Part shown: one piece after another, positions 57,801 through 64,000 of the stretch | How the letters are laid out: the number at the start of each line of letters is the position of its first letter | How positions within the stretch are numbered: the first letter of the stretch is position 1 | Assembly: GCA_030550715.1 (NCBI GenBank) | Contig: JAUQOU010000001.1 | Coordinates: 54,456-118,455 of the forward strand | Length of the DNA stretch: 64,000 nt | DNA from: a bacterium | GTDB taxonomy: Bacteria; Calescibacteriota; Calescibacteriia; Calescibacteriales; Calescibacteriaceae | Direction of reading: 5' to 3' | The notes under the pieces: generated by a model | Database searches by the model: none | Seen by the model: the letters and a program-made list of their open reading frames with translations, nothing else | Told to the model about the DNA's origin: nothing | Position numbers and translations under genes: made by a program

Positions 57801-59535
57801 AGTCACAGAGACCATCGCTCGTATAAGAAGAACTCTTCCAGGAATAACTCTTATCTCTCCTCCGCCTCATCATGATATATACTCAATAGAAGACCTCTCT
57901 CAACTTATATACGACCTCAAAAAGGTCAATCCTCGTGCAAGGGTTTCTGTAAAGCTTGTTGCTGAAACAGGAGTGGGAATTATAGCATCTGGTGTCGCAA
58001 AGGCATATGCTGATACAGTTCATATAGCCGGTCATGATGGCGGAACCGGTGCGTCTCCCGCGAGTTCAATAAGAAATACGGGAATACCGTGGGAGCTTGG
58101 GCTTATTGAAACGCAAGCCATACTTATCTGGAACAACCTCAGAGATAAGGTCAGAATAAGAGTAGATGGTGGAATCCTGAACGGATGGGATATAGTCAAA
58201 GCTGCCGTTCTTGGGGCAGACGAGTATGGATTCGGAAGCTCTGCAATGATAGCTATTGGTTGTATTATGGCTCGTCAGTGTCATCTCAATACGTGTCCTG
58301 TTGGTATTGCCTCGCAGAATGAAGAACTCAGAAAGAAATTTCCGGGTTTCCCTGAAAGAATAGAAAGATATTTTATAGCGGTTGCAGAAGAGGTGAGAGA
58401 GATTCTTGCATCTCTTGGAGCTCGCTCCCTATCTGAAATAATAGGAAGAATAGACCTTATAGTTTCTCGTGATTTAAAGCTTCCAAAGTTATCCTCTCAA
58501 ATTGATGCTGCATCATACTTAAAGAGAGTTTTCTTAAATATAGCGCAGGGTGGGGAAAATCCTTTTATCGTTGATATACCAGATACTGATAGAGCTGAAG
58601 AGCATGAGAAGATGAACAACGAACTGAAAAATTTCTTGCTTTCAAGACCCATATCTAACATAAGCGAAAGAAATGATAGACCTGAAAGTGATTATGAAGA
58701 TCTTAACAAAAGAATAGTTGAGGATGCTTGGGAAAAACTTGAAAGAGGAGAGAAGGTAAAACTTTCATACAAAATCAGAAATATTCACAGAAGCGTTGGA
58801 GCTACTCTTGCTGGAATGATAGCCAAAAAGTGGGGGGATGGGCTGTGCATAAAAAAAGGTCTTGAACCAAGAACCGTTGAGATAGAGTTTGAAGGGTTTG
58901 CTGGACAGAGCTTCGGCGCCTTCCTTACAAAAGGAATGAAATTTATCCTCAAAGGTATCGCAAACGATTATCTTGGGAAAGCGCTCTCCGGCGGAGAAAT
59001 AGTTGTCATACCTCCCTTGAAAAATGTCCTTGCAATAGGTAATGTGTGTATATACGGGGGTACGGGAGGGTACCTTTTTGTTGCAGGGAAGGCGGGGGAA
59101 AGATTTGCGGTGAGAAACTCAGGGGTCTTTGCGGTTGTAGAGGGGGCAGGAGACCACTGTATGGAATATATGACAAACGGTATATGTGTTGTTCTTGGTG
59201 AGGTGGGAAAAAATCTCGGAGCTGGAATGTCGGGAGGCATAGGATATGTGATTGGTTCTCCTTTACTCAAAGATCACATAAACTCAGAGTGGGTCTTTCT
59301 GAAAAAAATAGAAGATGAAATTGAATATAAGGTTTTTGAGACACTTTTGCTCATACATCAAACAGAAACTGGCTCAGATCTTCCCCAAAAAGTTATCAAA
59401 GATATAGATAATGTTTATATAGTCGTTCCAAAGGAATTTCAGAAGCATATATCACTTTTCCTGAAAAATGCTCTTGAAAGGTTGAACCAGGATTTTCAGG
59501 AGTATCTTAGAGCAGATAGAAACCTTCAAAGGTAG
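54859..59535 (+). CDS. gltB: Glutamate synthase large subunit (glutamine amidotransferase + FMN + GXGXG domains)
   Basis: 1558 aa. The N-terminal Ntn-amidotransferase segment is CGVGFVA. The FMN/Fe-S domain and C-terminal GXGXG region are present. No gltD is adjacent. Confidence 0.95.
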   Translation: MFLMYEIEETEYFERIKRESNEKKRLALNLFRSSCGVGFVADIKGVRSREVVEIGIRSVKNLVHRGAVSSDGKTGDGAGILTQIPLKIVKKELEKRGFKDIDPEKVAVGVFFLPKDEEKKNFIIELSESFAKELGFKPLFWRDVPCDDSALGQIALESKPDIKHLFLEYDGKDWKKEERKLYLLRKFIEKKSSERKIDLYIPSISAKKIVYKGLFVATQIDNFYLDLKDKDYESAICIFHQRYSTNTHPHWFIAHPFRFLAHNGEINTLLGNINWTYAREKSIRPNSVWSKDELEIIKPIIWRGGSDSSMMDNVLEFLYFSGKELPEAMSIMVPEPYEVVLDMPEDIRSFFEFYDLFFEPWDGPAAIAFSDGIGVGACLDRNGLRPARFIITKDDKIILSSELGASEIKPERIKYIDRLGPGKMIFLDTHEGKLYFNDEIKREIAKKNPYSAWVQKVKKLSVKIEKDNFASLDENELLRKQKVFGYTEEDIERFIKEMAIYGKEATYSMGDDIPLAFMSAFPRNLFSYFKQRFAQVTNPPIDPYRESIVMSISVTIGEREYDISQSRNYEELIRLDTPIITDEILEKLKSYLPYKVFDTTFYVNDKTSLRKRLFEIVKDVVESVRDEGIKLIILSDREAGKDGKAVIPSLLVVGAVHQELIRNGLRLRASIIADTGEPREEHHFACLLGYGADAILPYLAFATAYFLKEEHRGKELDASDRLKFVKNYKSAVEKGIKKIMSKMGISVLSSYRGSQIFEVFGIKDEVVDFCFTGTPNWFGQFGVGYEEIAQDYIEFFKWSQDNSPRLPNLGFFKFIRDKEYHEKNPYVFRPLHKFTETGKKEFYLEFTKAVQTRYPTKIRDLIDIKPLGQPVPIDEVEPVEKIIKRFYVSSMSFGALSPEAHETLAIGVNRIGANMGSGEGGEDPRRFEPYENGDWANTTMKQIASGRFGVTTEYAVNCRELEIKIAQGAKPGEGGQLPGIKVTETIARIRRTLPGITLISPPPHHDIYSIEDLSQLIYDLKKVNPRARVSVKLVAETGVGIIASGVAKAYADTVHIAGHDGGTGASPASSIRNTGIPWELGLIETQAILIWNNLRDKVRIRVDGGILNGWDIVKAAVLGADEYGFGSSAMIAIGCIMARQCHLNTCPVGIASQNEELRKKFPGFPERIERYFIAVAEEVREILASLGARSLSEIIGRIDLIVSRDLKLPKLSSQIDAASYLKRVFLNIAQGGENPFIVDIPDTDRAEEHEKMNNELKNFLLSRPISNISERNDRPESDYEDLNKRIVEDAWEKLERGEKVKLSYKIRNIHRSVGATLAGMIAKKWGDGLCIKKGLEPRTVEIEFEGFAGQSFGAFLTKGMKFILKGIANDYLGKALSGGEIVVIPPLKNVLAIGNVCIYGGTGGYLFVAGKAGERFAVRNSGVFAVVEGAGDHCMEYMTNGICVVLGEVGKNLGAGMSGGIGYVIGSPLLKDHINSEWVFLKKIEDEIEYKVFETLLLIHQTETGSDLPQKVIKDIDNVYIVVPKEFQKHISLFLKNALERLNQDFQEYLRADRNLQR

Positions 59536-59545
59536 TTTTGAGAAA

Positions 59546-60133
59546 ATGAGAAAAACTTCAAATTTGTCAGATTCTCGTTTGAAAGGTCTTGTGAAGAAAA
59601 TGAGAGAATGCGGAGAAATTCTCTTTCTCAAGGGGCTAGTAGATACGAGGTCTGGCAATGCAAGTGTGCGCATAGGGGATAAAATTCTCATAAAAAAAAC
59701 CGGAAGCTCTATGCCATTTTTATCTCAAAAAGATGTAATTTTATTGCCACTCTACCGTGAGACAGAAGAAGATATTATAGCGTCGTCAGACCTTAAACTT
59801 CACAGGATGATATATATTGAGGCGGAAAGAAAAAATAAAGATATATCTGCTGTTCTCCACTGCCACATGCCTGAAGCGGTTTCTCTCTCGTTCTTTTTTG
59901 ACAAGATAATTCCAGAGGACTATGAATCAAAACTGTTTATCAAAGAGATAAATTTTTCTGATTACGAAAGAGTTCCTGAATTTATAGCCGAGTTCAAAAT
60001 ATGTGTTGTTAAAGGACATGGTGTTTTCTGCGGTGGCAAAGATTTTGATGAAGCTCTATTTATAACTCTTATGGCTCATAACTCTTTGAGAATTTTTATG
60101 ATGAACACTATTTTGAGAAAGATCATCTCGTGA
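59546..60133 (+). CDS. Class II aldolase/adducin-domain protein
   Basis: TRSGNASVR and the metal-binding HCHMPE His residues are typical of the fuculose-phosphate aldolase / MTRu-1-P dehydratase family. Confidence 0.65.
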   Translation: MRKTSNLSDSRLKGLVKKMRECGEILFLKGLVDTRSGNASVRIGDKILIKKTGSSMPFLSQKDVILLPLYRETEEDIIASSDLKLHRMIYIEAERKNKDISAVLHCHMPEAVSLSFFFDKIIPEDYESKLFIKEINFSDYERVPEFIAEFKICVVKGHGVFCGGKDFDEALFITLMAHNSLRIFMMNTILRKIIS

Positions 60134-60204
60134 TTTCATAATTTCTACTCAAAAAATAACTAAAAAACTTGAAAGCTCTTCATTTGAAGAGTATATTTTA
60201 ACTT

Positions 60205-61194
60205 ATGTTTGAGGAGATAGTTGAGGGTTTTGTCAAGGGAGAAAAAAGAGCCCTTTCAAAAGCTATAAGTTTTGTTGAAAGATTTCCAGATAAAGCACAC
60301 CTGCTTATATCTGAAATATCAAAAAAAACAGGAAGAAACCTTATTTCAGAAGATATATACATTCTTGGAATAACTGGTCCGCCCGGAATAGGCAAAAGCA
60401 CTCTTGTATCACAGCTTTTAAAGAGAATAAAAGGCGGAGTTATTCTTTGCGACCCATCATCAGTCAAAGTTGAAGGTGGGGCAATATTAGGTGATAGAAT
60501 AAGAATTCATATTGAATCTTCCTCATCAGAGGAAAACGGAGGAAAAAACGGAGTGTTTATAAGAAGTATAGGAACAAGAGGAGAAAAAGGAGGTATATCA
60601 GTAAATACGAACGATATAATTAATCTCTATATACTTTTTGGATTTAAAAATATAATAATTGAGACAGCCGGAACAGGGCAAACCGAGACGGAAATTTCAA
60701 AGATTGCAGATACAGTTATTCTGGTATTATCTCCCGAGAGCGGAGATGAAATTCAGTTTATGAAAAGTGGCATTTTAGAAATAGCAGACATAATAGTTCT
60801 CAACAAAGCCGATAGACCGATGGCTGATAGGATTTATAATGAGATACGAATAGCATTAGATACCGCTCATATGGTCATGAGTGGTATAGGTAAAGATATT
60901 AAGTGGAAACCCCCTATCATAAAAACAATAGCAAAAGATGGAGTTGGAATAGATGAACTTATGCTTGCCATAGAACAGCATAAGGATTTCTTGAAAAACT
61001 CAAATTATATCCTTGAAAAAAGAAAGGAAAGGGTTGAACGTGATTTTGTAAGTGGGCTTACCAAAAAGATATTTGAAGTTCTTGAAAATCTACAAATATA
61101 TAGGAAAGTTAGAAATGAAGTTCTTGAAGGTAAAAAAGACCCATACTCCGCAATAGAAGAAGTTTATAAATTTATTTCTCAAAAGATGAGCTAA
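60205..61194 (+). CDS. G3E-family P-loop GTPase, MeaB/ArgK-like, with Ser/Glu/Gly-rich insertion
   Basis: Walker A is GITGPPGIGKSTL. NKAD reads VLNKADR. Switch regions are MeaB-like. An insert ESSSSEENGGKNG is present. No B12-dependent mutase gene is in the window. Confidence 0.65.
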   Translation: MFEEIVEGFVKGEKRALSKAISFVERFPDKAHLLISEISKKTGRNLISEDIYILGITGPPGIGKSTLVSQLLKRIKGGVILCDPSSVKVEGGAILGDRIRIHIESSSSEENGGKNGVFIRSIGTRGEKGGISVNTNDIINLYILFGFKNIIIETAGTGQTETEISKIADTVILVLSPESGDEIQFMKSGILEIADIIVLNKADRPMADRIYNEIRIALDTAHMVMSGIGKDIKWKPPIIKTIAKDGVGIDELMLAIEQHKDFLKNSNYILEKRKERVERDFVSGLTKKIFEVLENLQIYRKVRNEVLEGKKDPYSAIEEVYKFISQKMS

Positions 61195-62041
61195 TAGATA
61201 TACCTATAAGAAATACACCTATTGTGATTACTATTGAGAAAGATAACCTTGAAAAAAATCTTCTCTCTCCAAGTATGAGTCGAGCAAGTATTACTGAAAA
61301 AACAACACTTGTTCTCTTCAAAGCAATCATGTATCCTGCTTCTATTTTTGATATAGCTAAAAAGTGTGTTATTACAGCTAAAGCTGTTGTTATTCCTAAA
61401 AGAACTGTGAGCTTTGAAATTTTTATTGACTCCTTTATTTTCTCTTTCCCGTATATTTTATATATAAGAACAAGCATAACAGATGTTGAAAGATACATAT
61501 ATGTGCTTCCGAAAAATAGCGGATCTATCTTTGTTGAGAGGTATCTTCCTATTATTGATGTGATAGAGTATATTGTTGCAGACGTTATCATCAGGAAGGC
61601 GGATTTTAAGTTTTTTTTGTTCTCAGAGCGAGTTAGCGCAAAACTTCCAACTGATATAATCATGATTCCTATTATTCCTAAAAAAGAATATCTTTCACCT
61701 ATGAGAATCGGAGAGAAAATCGGTATCAGAGCAGGAGTTATTGCCTGAAACTGTAAAGCGTAAGATGCTTCCCCTATCTCCAGCGACTTCAAATAAAGGT
61801 AAGCTGATAATACTTCAAGAATAGAGCTGAAAAAGTAAAGTAATGCGGTTTGTGAATCTATTTTTTGAATCTCGTTTTTTTTCATCACGAATGGTATGAG
61901 AAAAGGAAGGACAAATATCCATCTTACTATCAGGGCAGAAACTGAATCCTTCTTCTCTCTTTCCATAAACAGTTTGCTTATTATGTCTGAAAAAGCTGTG
62001 AGGAAACCACAAAGTATTGCTACTCCCAAAAAAATCATCAA
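61172..62041 (-). CDS. EamA/DMT-superfamily transporter
   Basis: Ten-TM protein with two EamA-like repeats. Confidence 0.7.
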   Translation of the reverse strand: MMIFLGVAILCGFLTAFSDIISKLFMEREKKDSVSALIVRWIFVLPFLIPFVMKKNEIQKIDSQTALLYFFSSILEVLSAYLYLKSLEIGEASYALQFQAITPALIPIFSPILIGERYSFLGIIGIMIISVGSFALTRSENKKNLKSAFLMITSATIYSITSIIGRYLSTKIDPLFFGSTYMYLSTSVMLVLIYKIYGKEKIKESIKISKLTVLLGITTALAVITHFLAISKIEAGYMIALKRTSVVFSVILARLILGERRFFSRLSFSIVITIGVFLIGISISSSFEK

Positions 62042-62144
62042 AAAAGTAAAATAAAGATCTGCTTTGTAAATCTCAAATTTTCACCAAGTTTATCTTGCCG
62101 ATCTCAAAGGAGTTAAAAGTGCTTTTTGATGAGTAAAATTTAAT

Positions 62145-63170
62145 TTGTGGAGTGTTTTGTTTTTTCTCACATTAATAAAAATTGAAAATATATCTTATTT
62201 TAAGTTAGGAAACTTTATAAGGTTATCTATTGAGGTTTCTCAGAAATCTGATTTTAATTTTTCAGCAGAAAAAAATGCTGTCAAGATGATGTTTAAAGAA
62301 CCTTTGATTCTTGGCAAAAACAATTATGCTCATAAAAAGAAAGCTATACCATTTAGGATGATCGTGAAAGGAAATGAAATGATTTTTATATTTGAAGAAA
62401 ATTTTTCCGTTGCAAGATACTTCGTTTTACCATTCCCTTACAAGATAATAATTGATGTAAGCTTCAATACATCAGACATAGAAGATATATTAACTGAGAG
62501 AGAGAAGAAAAGAAGACCTAAGATTGTTTTAGATGCAGGACACGGTGGAAAAGATCCTGGAACAACGCACTTTAATATCAGAGAGAAAGATATTACTCTT
62601 TCTTTTGTTAAGGAACTTGCTGATATAATTCGCAAAGACGGAAAATTTGAGCTTATTTTGACCAGAGATAGAGATGAATTTTTGAAGCTTGAGGAAAGGA
62701 GCGGTATAGCTAATTCAGTTGAGTGTGATGTATTTATATCTTTACACGTGAATTACACAAAGAAACCTATGGTTAGAGGTTTTGAAATATTTTACTTTTC
62801 AAAGAAATTTTCAAAATACGCTTTGCGTGTTGCAGAAAAAGAAAATGGAGTGAAGTTGAAAGAAGACGACATAGTTTTATTTGAGCTTTTTTCTTCTTAT
62901 AAACAAGAGAATTCCAGAAAACTTGCTGATTTTTTGAAAGAAAGCTTAAAAGATGTGGGAGAAGTAAACAGAGTTGAAGGAGCTCCTTTTTATGTTCTCG
63001 CAGGAACCTTCTGTCCTTCTGTTCTCATAGAGCTGGGATTTATAAGTAATCACGAAGATAGAAGAAAACTCATCAGCAAAAGCTTTCGTAAAACCGTAGC
63101 GGAAAAAATATACGAAGGAATAAAAAGTTTTATCACTTATCAGCTGTCTTATCAGAACTCTTATCTTTGA
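62145..63170 (+). CDS. amiC: N-acetylmuramoyl-L-alanine amidase (Amidase_3; AmiC-like with N-terminal AMIN-like region)
   Basis: Zn-ligand motifs are in VLDAGHGGKDPGT...E...ISLHVN. The true start may be further downstream. Confidence 0.8.
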   Translation: MWSVLFFLTLIKIENISYFKLGNFIRLSIEVSQKSDFNFSAEKNAVKMMFKEPLILGKNNYAHKKKAIPFRMIVKGNEMIFIFEENFSVARYFVLPFPYKIIIDVSFNTSDIEDILTEREKKRRPKIVLDAGHGGKDPGTTHFNIREKDITLSFVKELADIIRKDGKFELILTRDRDEFLKLEERSGIANSVECDVFISLHVNYTKKPMVRGFEIFYFSKKFSKYALRVAEKENGVKLKEDDIVLFELFSSYKQENSRKLADFLKESLKDVGEVNRVEGAPFYVLAGTFCPSVLIELGFISNHEDRRKLISKSFRKTVAEKIYEGIKSFITYQLSYQNSYL

Positions 63171-63462
63171 AAGTTATCTCTATTTTCAGCTCCACTGCGG
63201 TATCAAGAATTATTCTTTTCATAAGTCCTACGAGGTCTACTGACCTTAAAAATGCTCTTAGCTCTTCTCTGAGAACAGAACTTATTGTCTGTCCGATTGT
63301 TTTTGATATGTTTGTTCCTTTTTCTGTGAGTGTTGTGAGGATGTTCCAGAGTGTAGGAAGGCGAAGGAGAAGATTTTTAAGTTCGTCGTAAATCTCTCTT
63401 TCACCGCTTTTTTTACTCTCTTCTTCCTTTTTCTGCTCTTTTTGTCTCCTTATCCTCATCAT
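63133..63462 (-). CDS. Hypothetical protein (109 aa), basic N-terminus
   Basis: The ORF overlaps the amidase 3' end by 38 nt. No recognisable motifs. Confidence 0.25.
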   Translation of the reverse strand: MMRIRRQKEQKKEEESKKSGEREIYDELKNLLLRLPTLWNILTTLTEKGTNISKTIGQTISSVLREELRAFLRSVDLVGLMKRIILDTAVELKIEITFKDKSSDKTADK

Positions 63463-63512
63463 AACAAAATTTTATGAATTCCCTGAGGGTAATTCGTAAA
63501 AGAGAACGAGAT

Positions 63513-64000
63513 TTAATTTTTGATAAGTCGCTTATTTTTTCTTGCCCATAAATTCATAATTTCACAGACTTTCATAATATCTTCTTCGGAGTGGAAAAAA
63601 GATATCGGTAAGCTTATCGTTGTATTATGAATTTCCTCGCTTATAGGAAATTCTCCTTTTATTATTCCTTTTAGTGCTTTTTGTCTGTGAGGTGGAACAG
63701 GGTAGTGTATAGCGGTTCCTATTCCATTTTCAAGCAAAAACTTTCTTATTTCATCTCTTTTTTTGTGCCTTACATTAAAGATATGATACACATCGTAGTA
63801 ATCCGGATGAACTACTGGTTTTATGAATTCATCTGAAAGGTTTTCAAGATATATTTTGGCAAGTTTTCTTTTGTGCGAATTAATTTCATCAAGATATTTC
63901 AGTTTTACTCTTAAAAACGCTGCCTGAATTTCATCAAGTCGTGAGTTAAATCCTATGTAATCGTTATAATATCTTTCTTTCCAGCCGTAGTTTCTTAAAG
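63513..64000 (-). CDS. DegT/DnrJ/EryC1/StrS-family PLP-dependent sugar aminotransferase, C-terminal part; the gene continues beyond the window end
   Basis: The frame is open from the window edge, with a GTG-annotated internal start at 63791. ...[31 protein letters not shown]...[36 protein letters not shown] is the classic DegT C-terminal region. Confidence 0.75.
   Translation of the reverse strand, partial: LRNYGWKERYYNDYIGFNSRLDEIQAAFLRVKLKYLDEINSHKRKLAKIYLENLSDEFIKPVVHPDYYDVYHIFNVRHKKRDEIRKFLLENGIGTAIHYPVPPHRQKALKGIIKGEFPISEEIHNTTISLPISFFHSEEDIMKVCEIMNLWARKNKRLIKN

Noticed and set aside
1-64000. tRNA, rRNA, tmRNA, RNase P, IS elements or integrases
   Set aside because: No intergenic gap other than the CRISPR region exceeds about 300 bp and none is GC-rich or cloverleaf-like. 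No transposase or integrase-like ORF was recognised. Absence is by inspection only, so running tRNAscan or Infernal would be the decisive test.

Overview
This is a 64 kb AT-rich window (roughly one-third GC by eye) from a thermophile-like bacterium. Its proteins are rich in Lys, Glu and Ile, and Shine-Dalgarno sites of the form AAGGAGGGG are common. Coding density is very high. About 60 protein genes sit on both strands, and most are housekeeping: alaS, heme A synthase, hemA, argC, argG, folB-folK, murF, plsC, purN, purK, nadA, ubiE/menG, gltB, era, ftsI-like PBP, pstA, pstB, a ThiF/MoeB E1, rpsI, rpsH and rpsN. There is also an envelope-glycan cluster at about 26-36 kb with GT2, GT4 and GT9 glycosyltransferases, an epimerase, a phosphomannomutase and a sugar or lipid kinase. 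I could not identify any tRNA, rRNA or transposase. Ribosomal and ATP-synthase genes occur as isolated fragments (rpsI alone, rpsN-rpsH alone, atpF'-atpF-atpH alone, pstA and pstB 12 kb apart). That pattern suggests an Aquificota-like genome with scrambled operons, though the phylum guess is low confidence.

The non-routine items are as follows. (1) An orphan mini-CRISPR array of three 29-bp repeats and two spacers, with an AT-rich leader and a degenerate terminal repeat, lies between argC and rpsI, and no cas gene is present anywhere in the window. (2) A beta-class N4/N6 DNA methyltransferase is split exactly at an 8-bp tandem duplication (AAAATATA x2). It sits in a short same-strand block with a patatin phospholipase, an SNase-like ORF, two small ORFs (one with a possible PD-(D/E)xK-like core) and a clean terminator, which may be a decayed restriction-modification or defence islet. 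(3) A glycosyltransferase-like gene inside the glycan cluster is frameshifted at an A8 homopolymer and is a candidate for phase variation. (4) One continuous 648-aa ORF fuses a class-I SAM methyltransferase to a D-Ala-D-Ala-ligase-like ATP-grasp domain. (5) An orphan ParA ATPase is followed by a coiled-coil protein encoded by six 21-bp tandem repeats. (6) A complete Fe/Mn superoxide dismutase carries a Tat-like RRKFLV signal peptide. (7) A 1008-aa surface protein combines poly-proline, carboxypeptidase-regulatory-like, DUF2135-like and beta-propeller regions. All functional calls rest on motif recognition by eye; I ran no database searches.
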